A stretch of 63,969 bases of DNA, filler included, from Octopus bimaculoides (GCF_001194135.2; 6 parts of 6 records of this genome joined end to end with filler, not necessarily neighbours in it); one strand, 5' to 3'; shown: positions 12,961 to 27,240, counted from the first letter of the whole stretch. Notes: generated by a model from the sequence alone, not told the origin. Numbers and translations: made by a program.

Positions 12961-13528
12961 CCAAGCCATCGTGAATAATATCAGGAAATATGGCATACAT
13001 ACAAATACATATAATTTAACTTTTACCAAGTTTCTTGCTGCCTTATACAAAATGATGAAATGTATACTAATTTTCAAAAGGGAATATTTATCAGTTTAAA
13101 ATAAAATTAAATAAGACAACATTCGAAAAGTAAATCAACAAAAAAGCAAACAAACAAAATAAACAAAAACAAGACACAATCAAAAAACAAAATTACTCAT
13201 ACCATGGAAGTTCATACACGCACGCACACATATAAATACACCTCTCTTTCTCTCTCCACACGCACGCATACCCACACACACACCTACACACACATACACA
13301 CGCACAGTCCTCCTCTTCCACCTCCTTCTCTGTCTATAATTCTTTCTCTCTTACTGAGCATGTGATTGTAGCGTTCCTTTACTCATTACCTGTCACCAAG
13401 CCTATTATTTTTACTCATCCTAACACTCTATATTTCTCAGTATCTCTTGTTTACTCCTCTCACTATAGTATACGAAACGTGAGTGGAGAATTGAAGTAAC
13501 CAACCAAAATTTATATCGTTCATATCGG

Positions 13529-13600
<72 letters not shown>

Positions 13601-13929
13601 NNNNNNNNNNGTAAAATACATGTAGAGACACAAATATTAATATAAATATCAAGCTTTATTCTTTTTACGGCGCTACATGAAACCCCATGTGAGCAAGGTA
13701 TAAGCTTAGTATTTATATATTAATATTTATATTTGTATTACTACATGTATTTTGTATGTATATTTCACATGTAGATAAAGTGATCATAAATGCGTCCCAC
13801 TTGAAATCTACAACTGTATTTTAATAAAATATCAAGACATACTGAAAGATATAGTCAAATATATTTCTCATATAAATATGTGTGTGTGTGTGTGTGTGTG
13901 TATGTGTGTGTGTATGTGTGTGTGTGTGT

Positions 13930-14105
13930 GTGCTGGTCTGTCAGTTTGTGTTAATGTTTTTATGCGTTTGAAAAACACCGCCAGTTGCAAAACTGGTGTA
14001 GTGTCAAAACGATAAAATAGAAACGAAGGGAGTAACCAAGCAAAATAAGTACTGGGGTGTGCTCCAGCATGGCTGCAGTACAGTCATTGAAACCAATAAT
14101 AGAAT
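13930..14105 (+). mobile_element. SINE family A, degenerate 3' half
   Basis: AATAAGTACTGGGGTGTGCTCCAGCATGGCTGCAG...GAAAC. Confidence 0.65.
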
Positions 14106-14171
14106 GAATACATATATATATATATGTGTGTGAGTTTGTATGAATGTGTTTGTATGAGTGTGTGTGTATGC

Positions 14172-14213
<42 letters not shown>

Positions 14214-15333
14214 AGAACAGATAAGAGAAATGAGGTGAGAGAATAAATGTTTATTCCATTCGTTTACAGCTGTTTCATAATCTTGTTAGTTATAAATTAG
14301 ATATTACATCAACATTCGCACGTATATAAAATATACATATAAATATATATGCCTGTGTAGACCCATATATACACCTATGTATATATGTATATATAATCCT
14401 TGCAACGTCTATATTCCTCTCCATGCCTGTCATCTCTTATGTCCCTGCTGTAAGGTTTCACTTCCACACACGCCAGCTTAATTTAGTTCGTCCTTAGTCG
14501 AAAGACACCTGTTGTTAATGTCCTGTTAATTGCATTTGTATTTGTGTACCATTTCTCCGTTTTTTTTTACCGTCCTTGTTTTTGTATACATTCGCTGCTT
14601 TCTTCCAAGGTATCTAGTGCTCTTAGCTTAAAATGTTTGTGTGTGTGTTCTTGTGTCTGTGTTTGTCCGCCCAGACGTCTAAAATGTTTGAGAATTGGTT
14701 ATTACTCCCTACATTACCTCGGTAATGATATTTTGAAATTTACCTATTTTCCAGAACATTCCAGATAGATAGTAGCTGATAAACTATTTTCTCGAAGTTT
14801 CCCAAATTTTGTACAAGCTTTCTAGAATTACCTAAAGCTTTCATGGACTTTTTAAACTCTTTAAAACATTTCCACCAATGTAAATTTTAATATAACTACA
14901 GGGACCTTAAGTTTACGAGATCACTTTTATATGAGCGGCCTGAGCGGAGAGGCCGTTCTGCATTCATGAGCGACGACATCAATGCTGTATGCATTTGACT
15001 GGCGGATTTTGGAGTCTGTAGTCAGATTCTCAACACCACTGTGTAGAAGTAGTCAATAGCAGTATCCGTTGCAATGTTTGGTGGGATCAATAGAAATTCA
15101 GTTGACATCATTTCCCCTGAGAACAATGTAAAAACACGTAGAAGACGTACAATTTTTGCTTACTTGAAACCACGCAGAATTTTATATTAATAAAAAAAAA
15201 AAATTTTTAATTCAAAATTATAATGTTTTATTTTCAATTTTCAATGTTATAGAATAATATATATATATATATATANNNNNNNNNNNNNNNNNNNNNNNNN
15301 NNNNNNNNNNNNNTATATATACACACACACATA

Positions 15334-15369
<36 letters not shown>

Positions 15370-16169
15370 TGTATGTATGTATGTATGTATGTATGTATGT
15401 ATGTATGTATAGACAGTCTTCATGGGTGTAGAACCTCGAAAAATCCAAGTCATGCTTCCTGTGACTTGCAACCTTTCGTCTAATCAGTTCCACTGCTTCA
15501 CTCTAGATGTCAAAAGCTCGGTGTTGGTCATTCTAAAACCAAGATTATTGAAGAAGTCGTTGAGGTCTTTTTAGTTGGCGTGATACAGTTTCTTTTTCTC
15601 TTTAGCTGCACTACTGAAACAGTAACCTGTACTCGCAACGTCTTTCTTCTGTTCTTACTAAAGACAATTGGATGCTGTGATTTAAGAGGAATTTGGTTAC
15701 TATTTCTAACAGGTCGAGCAAGTTCATAAAGGCTCCCTCGTTCTATGCATATAGCGCTACAAAAAATGGGAGGAGAAATGAAATTTTAGTAATGTCGAAT
15801 TATTTTGGAATTTTTCAAGAATGACCTAATTCCAGACATTATTCCAGACCATATTCCAGGACCTATTCTATAGTACTTTTATACAAAAGTAAGCTTACAC
15901 GAAGAATATTACGAAAAAGCAATTCACAAATTAATATTATTTTCTCCAGCGATGCGGCTGTTGACTGGAAAAAAAAAGTTTTGTTTTTCAAATGACATTT
16001 ACTTTTAGTAAAAACAACATTGTGAAAGAATTCATATAGCACAAAGCATTTTTATTTATTTATTTTATTTTATCTTATTTTATTTTATGATATAAAATGC
16101 AATATGCGCACAACTGATTTTTATCCCAGTGCAAACAATTTGTAAATACAATGCGAGTGATTAATGGTT

Positions 16170-16365
16170 CTTGTCACATAGTCAATATGTTCACATAGCT
16201 ACTGTAGTTACATAGCTAATATAAGTTATATAGTCTGTGTACTTATATAGTTAATATAATTTATATAGTCCGTATATTGTCATATGAGATATATAGTCAT
16301 CATAAGTTAAATATATTGTTCATTTGGTTATACAGTCAATATAGTTATAGTGTCAATACAAATAT
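16170..16365. repeat. Degenerate minisatellite (unit related to TATATAGTCAATATA)
   Basis: ATAGTC/ATAGTT/ATAGCT recurs about every 17-18 bp and resumes after the SINE at 16775. Confidence 0.55.
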
Positions 16366-16377
16366 ATTGCCGAGGTA

Positions 16378-16764
16378 GTTGTTGTTGGCACTCCGTCGCT
16401 TACAGCGTCGAGGGTTCCAGTTGATCCGATCAACGGAACAGCATGCTCGCGAAATTAACGTGCAAGTGGCTGAGCACTCCACAGACACGTGTACCCTTAA
16501 CGTAGTTCTTGGGGATATTCCGCCTGACACAGTGTGACAAGGCTGACCCTTTGAATTACAGGCACAACAGAAACAGGAAGTAAGAGTGAGAGAAAGTTGT
16601 AGTGAAAGAGTACAGCAGGGTTCGCCACCATCCCCTGCCGGAGCCTCGTGGAGCTTCACGTGTTTTCGCTCAATAAACACTCACAACGCCCGGTCTGGGA
16701 ATCGAAACCGCGATCCTATGACCGCGAGTCCGCTGCCCTAACCACTGGGCCATTGCGCCTCCAC
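16378..16764 (-). mobile_element. SINE family E, full length
   Basis: Head GTGGAGGCGCAATGGCCCAGTGGTTAGGGCAGCGGAC...GGTTTCGATTCCC, a (CAA)n tail, and imperfect flanking repeats GCCGAGGTA/GCCAAGGTA. Confidence 0.92.
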
Positions 16765-16804
16765 GCCAAGGTAATTATGTAGTCAATATAATTACAAGTT
16801 CTTA

Positions 16805-16990
16805 AGGCAGCGAACTTGCAGAATCGTTAGAACGTCGGGCAAAATGCTTAGTTCAAATTCCGCCGAGGTTGACTTTACCTTCCATCCTTTCGAGGTCGAT
16901 AAAATAAGTACCAGTTGATTATTGGGGCTGAAGTAATCGATTAGTCCCTTTCCCCAAACTTACTAGCTTTGTGCCAAAATTTGAAGCCAA
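16805..16990 (+). mobile_element. SINE family C (internal deletion)
   Basis: GGCAGCGAACTTGCAGAATCGTTAG...GAGGTTGACTTTACCTTCCATCCTTTCGAGGTCGATAAAATAAGTACC. Confidence 0.88.
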
Positions 16991-17751
16991 TATAATTATG
17001 AGGTCAGTGAGGTTACACAGTTACTATAGTAATGCAGTCAAGTCAATATACTCCTCCTCCTACTACTACTTCTACTACTTCTGTCCAATGCAAGCACACG
17101 CTGCCATATTCAACAATAACGCAAACACGAAAACATGAACAATTATAATAATAGAAGAACTTAGTGTAGTGAAAAGACGCAAATAACTGGGAACCCAGGA
17201 TATTTAAGACAAAAACCGAAGTTATTTTCGAAAAAAAAAAAAGGAGAGGGAGGAGGTGGGGGAAGAAAGTCACCATTAGAAGTGCTTACTACGAAATTCT
17301 CCAAATGTAAGACTACAACAGAAAAGGAATTGAACAGTTCTTAACACACACAAAAAAAAAAAGCGTGATTTTTTTTTTTTTCTTTTAATGGACTAAGAGA
17401 TTGAGGCAGGAAATAGGTATCGCAATGAATATCAGTCATCGTAGGAATTGAGTAAAACGCGATAAAAGCCACATCGAAGCCTTCAAAATAGGCAATAAAA
17501 TTTACAGTTTTCACAAGATATATTTCAAATCGGAATTATAACAGATTTTATCAAATTCCTTTCAGAGTGAACTGGAAGGTCTTGAAAATTGAGTTTTGGA
17601 TAGAAATACTTTAATTGCTTCTACATATATACATAATACATACATACTTGCATACATACATACATACATACAGACACACATACACACATACAAACACATA
17701 CATACATACAATAATACATAATACATACGTACACACATATGCGTTGTGTGC

Positions 17752-17783
<32 letters not shown>

Positions 17784-17784
<1 letters not shown>

Positions 17785-18021
17785 CTTTTATTCTTTCACT
17801 TATTTCAGTCATTTGAGCACGGCCATGCTGGAGCACCTTCTTGAAGGGATTTAGTCGAACAAATCGACTCTGGGACATATGTTTTTTTGAAGCCTACCAC
17901 TTATTCTATTGGTCTCTTTGGCCGAATCACTAAGTTACAGGGACGTAAACACACCAACACCGGTTGTCAAGCGGTGATTAGGAGGTGGGGGACAAACACA
18001 GACACAAAGACAAACACATAA

Positions 18022-18053
<32 letters not shown>

Positions 18054-18226
18054 TACATATATATACACGACGGGCTTTTTTCAGTTTCCGTCTACCAAAT
18101 CTACTCACAAGGCTTAGGTCGGCCCGAGGCTATAGTAGAAGACACTTGCATAATGTTCCACGCAAGTAGGACTGAACCCGGAACCATGTGGTTGGGAAGC
18201 AAACTTCCTACCACACAGCTACACCT
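17784..18226 (-). mobile_element. SINE family A, full length, with internal (TA)n microsatellite
   Basis: Head at 18226-18068, (TA)n at about 18020-18066, 3' half at 18010-17784; collinear with 39852-40264. Confidence 0.92.
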
Positions 18227-18757
18227 ATATAATAATAATAATATTAATAATAATAATAATGATGATGCATGTGCCTGGTGTACCCTTATCAGACGGGTAG
18301 TCATGGTGGGTATAATGGGCTTCGTATATTTTACACCAGTATCACTTTGATGGCATGCACTGTTCTCTCACTCAATAATATTAATAATAATAATAATAAT
18401 ATTTTATAAGCTTAAAAGCGATCACCGTGTATTGACTAAAGTCATATAGTTTAATATTGGGGTATATAAACCCCTCGACGGAAGAAAGTAAGGTTTGCAG
18501 TACGCATGAGATTCGAAAACATATCTCTATCTATTCGCGACAAGTGTGCTACCATTACACTAACGTATCCGTGGCTTCTTTCCGTCAGATTTAAGAACTA
18601 TAATTTCACATATATATATATTCATATGAGGTTAAGTCTATGTCTGGTCATAGAGTCACTAATGGTTTCGCATCCACAAAGGGCTTAGCCTCATGGGCGT
18701 TTCCTGGACATAAACTTAAGTACATACTTAAATACTTCACTGTTCTATGCTTTAAAG

Positions 18758-18949
18758 CAGCGGTTCCTAAAGTGGGCGGTATGCCCCTTTGTGGGCGGCA
18801 GAAAGATCAAGATGGGCATTGAAGAAATAGACTAATTAGGTTAAGCTTTTTTTGTGAAATATTGGTCTTTTGAATTTGCTGCAGAAAGTAGTAGTCCACA
18901 TTTGTGGTGCTGAGTGAGGGGTTGGGGCACTAGGAATGTGGCTCGAATG
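18758..18949 (+). mobile_element. Probable hAT-type (Charlie/Buster-like) MITE, left end; the rest is lost in a gap
   Basis: Starts CAGCGGTTCCTAAAGTGGGCGG immediately after the 8-mer CTTTAAAG with central TA. The right end is not visible. Confidence 0.5.
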
Positions 18950-19882
18950 NNNNNNNNNNNNNNNNNNNNNNNNNNNNNNNNNNNNNNNNNNNNNNNNNNN
19001 NNNNNNNNNNNNNNNNNNNNNNNNNNNNNNNNNNNNNNNNNNNNNNNNNNNNNNNNNNNNNNNNNNNNNNNNNNNNNNNNNNNNNNNNNNNNNNNNNNNN
19101 NNNNNNNNNNNNNNNNNNNNNNNNNNNNNNNNNNNNNNNNNNNNNNNNNNNNNNNNNNNNNNNNNNNNNNNNNNNNNNNNNNNNNNNNNNNNNNNNNNNN
19201 NNNNNNNNNNNNNNNNNNNNNNNNNNNNNNNNNNNNNNNNNNNNNNNNNNNNNNNNNNNNNNNNNNNNNNNNNNNNNNNNNNNNNNNNNNNNNNNNNNNN
19301 NNNNNNNNNNNNNNNNNNNNNNNNNNNNNNNNNNNNNNNNNNNNNNNNNNNNNNNNNNNNNNNNNNNNNNNNNNNNNNNNNNNNNNNNNNNNNNNNNNNN
19401 NNNNNNNNNNNNNNNNNNNNNNNNNNNNNNNNNNNNNNNNNNNNNNNNNNNNNNNNNNNNNNNNNNNNNNNNNNNNNNNNNNNNNNNNNNNNNNNNNNNN
19501 NNNNNNNNNNNNNNNNNNNNNNNNNNNNNNNNNNNNNNNNNNNNNNNNNNNNNNNNNNNNNNNNNNNNNNNNNNNNNNNNNNNNNNNNNNNNNNNNNNNN
19601 NNNNNNNNNNNNNNNNNNNNNNNNNNNNNNNNNNNNNNNNNNNNNNNNNNNNNNNNNNNNNNNNNNNNNNNNNNNNNNNNNNNNNNNNNNNNNNNNNNNN
19701 NNNNNNNNNNNNNNNNNNNNNNNNNNNNNNNNNNNNNNNNNNNNNNNNNNNNNNNNNNNNNNNNNNNNNNNNNNNNNNNNNNNNNNNNNNNNNNNNNNNN
19801 NNNNNNNNNNNNNNNNNNNNNNNNNACACACACACACACACACATACACACGTACACGCATATCTATCTATCTCTCTATCTC

Positions 19883-19934
<52 letters not shown>

Positions 19935-20024
19935 GAGCAATTTCTTGACTTCTCAGGCCTCTTAACGAAGTCGTTACAGTAGATCATAATGTAAGAAATC
20001 ACGAGAAAGCATTGATGTAAATAT

Positions 20025-20225
20025 TGGTGTCACGTAAAAAGCACTGCTGCTGGTGCCACGTAGAAATCACTGATGATGGTGCCGCGTAAAAAAGTACCCA
20101 ATACACTCTGTGGAGTGGTTGCGGTTAGGAAGGGTATCCAGCCAAAGAAGCCAAACCAAAAACAGACTATGAAGCCGTCCAACCCATGCCAGCATTGAAA
20201 ACAGAGTTAAATGCTGCTGGTGCTG
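20025..20225 (+). mobile_element. Unclassified SINE-like 3' fragment with three GGTGYCRCGTAAAAA repeats
   Basis: Three tandem ~22-bp units at 20027-20096, then GGTTAGGAAGGGTATCCAGCC and a trinucleotide-like tail. Confidence 0.5.
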
Positions 20226-20854
20226 CATTTGTGCGTGTGTGTGCGCGCGTTAATTATACATATATATTATATGCATGTATATATATATGCGTACATAGAC
20301 ACATGCTGAGATGCTAGGCAACAAGGCAAACTACACAGGTTGATATTAAAATAAACATATTTATTTGTAATATTTACACAATACTCCTATATGGCGTTTT
20401 ACATCTAGATCAAAGAATAGAACCCAGATTATAGCTCAGCACTTAAGTAATCTTCTAATAATGGCGGTCGTAATTCTCTTTAACATTCATTGGTCCATGT
20501 AATTATTTCAGCAATAACATTTCTTTAATGATATTGATGATGACATCTTCGAAACGGAGTGAATTTGAAGTGAATTTGGAACGTTTGAGGATATTTTCTC
20601 ACGACAACCAGCTCCCCATGAGCAAATGGCCTGCTATAAATAGCAGCTAAATCTCCCTCAAATTACGCTCTATTGTCTGTAAAAGTAAGATAAACTTTAC
20701 ATAATGTTCTGTATATGCAATACTCTAGAAAATGATGGGTTGATGTTGATAGTAGTGATCAGAGTTACATTACTTCATCAGATTTATCGGCTAAACAGTA
20801 AGAACAATAACAACAACAGTAAGTGTTAAAAGTTGTTAGAGCATATTTATTCCG

Positions 20855-21040
20855 AGTTTTGCGTTCTGAGTTCAAATCCCGTCGAAGTCAACTTTGTTTC
20901 CCGTCTTCAAAGATCGATAAAAATGAAACAGCTTTGGGCGTTGAATAGGTGGAACAGTAAAAACACTGGCCCCGTAGTTTTGCTATATTTGCCCCGGATC
21001 TTTGCGTTCTGAGTTCAAATTCCAGCTTGTCCCTCTTGAT
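20855..21040 (+). mobile_element. SINE family C fragments
   Basis: TTTGCGTTCTGAGTTCAAAT occurs twice (about 20858 and 21001). Confidence 0.7.
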
Positions 21041-21414
21041 TTGAGGACCACTGCTTGGCATCTTGAGTGCTTGTAACAGAATACACTCTGCTGCAAGCAT
21101 TCGGACCAGTTTGAAGATATCTTCATCTTTTCCGCTCGTCAGTATCAGAGTCCCTGTAAATGGTCAAGGAGAAGGGATTTTCTTCCTGGCTTTAAAAGAT
21201 AAAATAGAAAATAGATAAATAAACGTATTGTATTTTAATAGCAGCTTGATACCAAATTAAAGAATCGCTTCTTGATGTATATTATAGGGGAGGAAGAAGA
21301 AGAAGAAAGAATCGCTATCAATTAATTGAAGATAAGATAATTAAATACATACTAACACATATACACATACAGATGTGTGTCTATGTACATGAGTGTATTT
21401 ATTGATAGATAGAT

Positions 21415-21466
<52 letters not shown>

Positions 21467-21543
21467 GGAGTATATAGTGAGACTGTAAGTCCGTTTATAG
21501 TAATTTTCAAGTGTCGCGTTGAGCGAGCAAGCAAAACAGAAAG

Positions 21544-21601
<58 letters not shown>

Positions 21602-22436
21602 CCACAAACGAAAATCCACAAAAAATACAAAAATTAATGAAGCTAAAAGAAAACAACAATAATATTAACAACAACAAGAAATAACGAATCAAAACATCTA
21701 ATAATATTGCATTCAAGTCTGTAATTCTTGAAGGAAGAACAAACTAGAAAAAAAAAAAGCGCAACCAACCAATACACTTACCCAACTAACCAACCAAACA
21801 TACAAAACAACCGACCTACCAACCAGCAAAAGACAAGTAAAAACATACGCATTAAGCCAACGACCAACCACCAAACCCCTCATCTAACCAACCAGTCGAC
21901 CAACCAACCAACAAGACAAACAAACGATTAAGACGGTGTAAAGGAGTTCAATGTCTAGACGTCTGATTGGAGATATTAATGCTGATGATGATGAGGATGG
22001 TGGTGATGTTGACAATGTTGATGACGATGGTGGTCGCTGTGGTTGCAGATGTTACGACAGTAATGGCGGTGTTATTATTCTGAGGTAGAGAAACATGGTG
22101 GCGATGTTGTTGGTGAGGGTGGTGATAGCAATGGCGCTTATATGATACATGATAACGATGATACAGTTACTAAAACACGTCCCCACTTCTCTCTCTCTAT
22201 CTCTCTCATTCACTTTCACTCAGCCTTTCTTAAGTCCCCTTTTCTCTCTCTCAATCACCTTCACCCACTCTCTCTCTCCAACGGTCGTCTGCTCGGCCTC
22301 AATTGATTGGTTTTAATAGTTTCGACGAAACGAAATTGTTTTACAACATTTTAAGCGCCACTTTGTCTCTGACTCTCGGTTTGTTTTTTGCTAAAACCTG
22401 TTAATTAATCTTTTAGGCATTACTGTTTCTACGGTC

Positions 22437-22484
<48 letters not shown>

Positions 22485-22583
22485 CATTAGTCTTTTTTGC
22501 AAAGATGTCCTTCCTCGTTCTCATCATAACTCTCACTATCTAATTCTCTCTGTCCGTCTCACTCCGCCCCCTTATACATACAT

Positions 22584-22703
<120 letters not shown>

Positions 22704-22850
22704 GCATATATGCTCGAACATATACAAACGTATATATATATATATATGTACATATTTATGTGTCTATTTGTATATATGAGGCTGTTTAGTTATGTGTATA
22801 TATATGTATGTGTATATGTATATGTATATATATATGTATGTATTTATGCA

Positions 22851-22895
<45 letters not shown>

Positions 22896-23053
22896 NNNNN
22901 NNNNNNNNNNNNNNNNNNNNNNNNNNNNNNNNNNNNNNNNNNNNNNNNNNNNNNNNNNNNNNNNNNNNNNNNNNNNNATATGTATATATATATGCATATA
23001 TGTGCACACGCACAAACTCTCATAATACATATTTGCATATAAACTCGCACGCA

Positions 23054-23093
<40 letters not shown>

Positions 23094-23515
23094 TAGACAC
23101 AAACATAGACATATAAAGTAAACCAGTACTTCCTTATTTTTGTTGTTTGTTATTAGTATGTGAGAGTATGTGTGTGTGTATGTTTATTTATATGTATGTA
23201 TGTGTGAAGGCTTTTCATAAATTCCCTAACACCTTTCTTTATTATGTCTCCTCCTCAAACATCTTACTTTCTCTTTCTTTCTTCCTTTCTCTCTCCCCTC
23301 CCTCTCTATTTTCTCTCTCTCTTTTTTTTTTCTCTCTCTCTCTCTCTCTGACTCCCACACTACCTCTACATTTGTATTAAGATTGAGTTATGTTCGTCCA
23401 TTTGATCCCTATAGTTACCATATTGCCGTGAAATCACTTCCCAGCAGTCATATTCTCTCCACCCTCCCCCCNNNNNNNNNNNNNNNNNNNNNNNNNNNNN
23501 NNNNNNNNNNNNNNN

Positions 23516-23527
23516 TTAATTAATTAA
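23516..23527. other. Assembly linker TTAATTAATTAA (artefact)
   Basis: The same 12-mer sits centred in a ~100-bp N block here and at 26657, 30958, 56046 and 61573; it puts stops in all six frames. Confidence 0.97.
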
Positions 23528-24307
23528 NNNNNNNNNNNNNNNNNNNNNNNNNNNNNNNNNNNNNNNNNNNNTATATATATATATGCACATGCATACAGAA
23601 ATATACACATACCCTCCTACGCAAGCACGTGTGTGTACATGTGTGTGTACATGTGTGTGTGTCTGTGTGTGTGTGTCTAGAAATATACCAGGGTGAAATA
23701 GATATATAAAATGACAGACAGATCAGCGAAATGTCTTTAAAATAAGAAATGTTTACCTAAATTTCAAACCCGAATGAAGGAAGAACGTGTCAAAAACATG
23801 TTAGATTTCTAATAAATTATTAACGACTTGCACAGCGGGATAACGGTCCAACGAAAATATATTGTATTATTTCGATTCTAGAATAATTGTGTGGAGTTTT
23901 GTGATTGCTTCTTGTTTTAAATGCAAGGTGGAGCGACGTAAGAGTGATGTGCTTGTCTGGACAATGTAGGTAACAATCTCCTGGTTTGTTACTTTCGTAT
24001 TTGCTGGTATATTGGTAAATTGCATTGACCCCTTGTAGCTTGATATGGGGATTACATAATTGCGGTGTGTTACTGAAGGGATGAATTTCCACTTAGGGAA
24101 AATAAAATATCAATGTCATTTTATGATTTTCTCATATTGTGTCGACGAACGGCGGGCGTCTTTGGTCTTATACAAATATGTGAAGAAAAAATGATAAATT
24201 TTTAAATAGGAAATTACTTATATATTTAATATACAATGACGAAGAGGAAACCTATTCCTGCACGTACATACTTACATACATACATACATATACATACACA
24301 CACACAC

Positions 24308-24355
<48 letters not shown>

Positions 24356-24360
24356 GCATC

Positions 24361-24517
24361 TGTAAAAATATGTGACACTTATTCGGTAGCCATGATAGAA
24401 CTGCGAGTTTCGGATGCCGGAGTGGGAACCCACGCCAACATCTCTTCAGTTCGCGCCTCGGCATCCGAAACTCGGAGTTTTATCATGGCTACCGAATAAG
24501 TGTCACATATTTTTACA
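24361..24517. mobile_element. Hairpin MITE-like element (59-bp arms, 39-bp spacer)
   Basis: 24361-24419 is the reverse complement of 24459-24517 with 2 mismatches. Confidence 0.8.
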
Positions 24518-25019
24518 TATAAATTTCTCTATTTACATAATATCAAGGTCACTTTCATTCTTTTGTTGTCCTTTCTATCAACACACACACTTATTTATAT
24601 GTATACATATACGCACAGATACACACATATAAACGCACACTTGCGATGCAGCTCTTCCGTCGAATCAAGGATTCAACAGCTCAGCTTGGGATGGCACGTA
24701 AAGATACTTTCAGATTTACAGACGAAACTCCAGTTGCTAGAAAGCGAGGTGCAAACGGATGAAACTGAGAAAAAATGGAATTTGTATTTTAGTTTGTCTT
24801 TACGCACAGGCAGTTATCCAATCTTGTGAACCAACAGTATCTTATAATATTGCTTCGTAGATTTCTGCTTAATTCACGCTTTTAAATGCTTTATAAATAT
24901 GCAATAGATACAATAGGAATAAAATTCGATATTTGTGTCTTAAGAGTGGTCTCCCAATAATTCATGTACACACATTTCATGTTGTGTCGCTCTCCCTTCG
25001 TTGCCCTCTTCATCTTCTT

Positions 25020-26060
25020 TTTCACCCTCCACCCCAACTGCAAGCTCAACTCTAAACTTCTTGTTTTCATCAATCACTACAAATAATTAATCAGTTTTCC
25101 ATCCTCTCCCACTTGAACCTTTACAAACAACCCTTTCCCCACGCTTGATAACCTCTACAGACAAGTCCTTTCTTCTACAATCCTTGAACTTATTTCCTTC
25201 TCCCTCCTACCAATTAATTTCTTCCTAAGGTCCAAAACCTCATCAGCCCCGTTGGCCACATTGTTTCTACCTGAAACTATCCTCCCGAATTAATCTCACA
25301 TCATATCGACAGCTGGTGGCTTCCGTCCCTTCCCACGTTCAAGTCACCAACCACGCTCTTATCATCTTCCTTCTCGTTCCCTCACTGGAAATTCTCAAGT
25401 CTAATTCACCCTCGATATCAAGTTTCGTCACACTGTTTGTTATTCTCTATAAGAAGGCCTCCGCGCATTCAAATATTTCCTTGACTTACGTCCCGATCCC
25501 CAGCCTAATGCTCCGACTCGCCTTCGCGTTGGCCGGACTGATTTTCTCTTTGATTTACTTCCCGTTCGTAGAAGGGTTTTACCAACAGGTCACGAGAATG
25601 GGCCCCAACTACGCGAACTTGTTTGTCGGCCATCATCCGATCAGTTATAGTCACCACCGGTCCCGCTCCTCAGTTTGAAGTCGGTACATCGACAGCTGTA
25701 TCATTGTGACTTCACTCTACGGCAAACAATTCTACGCTTTTCTCTCTTTAATCCAGTCATTCCACCCCGCCCTTGAATTCTACAGCTGTGTCACAAACAT
25801 CTCCTTTAACTTCCGCAATATTTGCATTGCCATCCTCTATTACCACCTCCATGCACTACAAGCCTTCAGAATCCCACTGCTGCCTCAAATTCTCCATCTA
25901 ATACCCTACCAGCACCAAACTGTCCATTGCATATTCTCAGTTCTACTAACTCAGTCGTCTCTGTAGTGTAAACCAAATTAGGTAATCCGATATTCTGCAT
26001 CTGCTGTCTTCTTGTAACTCCTCGTATTTTGGAGAACCAAGTCGACAACTGGCTGACATT
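25020..26060 (+). pseudogene. Decayed Penelope-like element reverse transcriptase
   Basis: Broken frames give FYQQV..MGPNYANLFVG, RYID, IQSFHPALEF, HYKPSESH and SIAYSQF.RLSRLCS, which are Penelope-type RT and thumb motifs in the expected order. Confidence 0.8.
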
Positions 26061-26310
26061 TTTGCCGAGCACTTTCAAGACATTAACATCGACATTTTTG
26101 TTTCTTGGGATTCTCTCTTTAGTGGATCACACTCGTCCGTAATTGTAACTAAGTATTTCTTTATATTTTTTTAAAGCAAAGATAATTTCAATGAAGACGA
26201 AATTTGAATTGTATGATATTTAGTATAACTGTCATCCTCTTTGTTATCCAAATTGATGTCATTGGTCAATCAACGGAGCTTCCCTTCACTATTTTATTTT
26301 AATTTCGTTA

Positions 26311-26612
26311 ATATATATATGTTGTTGGCACTCCGTCGCTTACGACGTCGAGGGTTCCAGTTAATCCGATCAATGGAACAGCCTGCTCGTGAAATTAACG
26401 TGCAAGTGGCTGAGCACTCTACAGGCACGTGTACCCTTAACGTAGTTCTCGGGGAGATTCAGCGTGACACAGAGTGACAAGGCTGCCCCTTTGAATTACA
26501 GGCACAACAGAAACAGGAAGTAAGAGTGAGAGAAAGTTGTGGTGAAAGAGTACAGCAGGGTTCACCACCATCCCCTGCCGGAGCCTCGTGGGGCTTTAGG
26601 TGTTTTCGCTCA
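26311..26612 (-). mobile_element. SINE family E (head lost in gap)
   Basis: Highly similar to 16380-16670. Confidence 0.92.
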
Positions 26613-26712
26613 NNNNNNNNNNNNNNNNNNNNNNNNNNNNNNNNNNNNNNNNNNNNTTAATTAATTAANNNNNNNNNNNNNNNNNNNNNNNNNNNNNNNN
26701 NNNNNNNNNNNN

Positions 26713-26773
<61 letters not shown>

Positions 26774-27124
26774 CATACACATGTATGTATAAAATGATTG
26801 CATCCACATCTTGTGGTACACTAGTTACTCATATAAATTCAAATGTGGATATACCATACAATTATGTATATAAATATATGTATACACACGTTTATTTAAA
26901 TGTGTATGTTTATATATATATATATATACACACACATATACACATACATATATATACACACATATATATATACATATACACATTGATGCACACACACGTG
27001 TATGTGTTATATAATAGCGAGAATTATGATTACACACACATATGGATAGCCACTTATTACAATCACAGACATTATTATTCTTGTTATTATAATTATTGCA
27101 ATTATTATTATTATTAATACTATT

Positions 27125-27240
27125 AAGGCAGTGAACTTGCAGAATAGGGCATTTGGTCCACCTTAACGTTCCGAGTTCAAATTCCGCCAAGGTCAACTTA
27201 CCAAAATTTCAGGCTTTGTACCTATCATAAGAAAGGTTAT
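27125..27240 (+). mobile_element. SINE family C, deleted copy
   Basis: AAGGCAGTGAACTTGCAGAA...GAGTTCAAATTCCGCCAAGGTCAACTT joined to tail CAGGCTTTGTACCTAT. Confidence 0.75.

Noticed and set aside
14900-15125. Unique island with a good minus-strand acceptor at about 15118
   Set aside because: All three frames have stops; it could be a UTR exon, but this cannot be supported.
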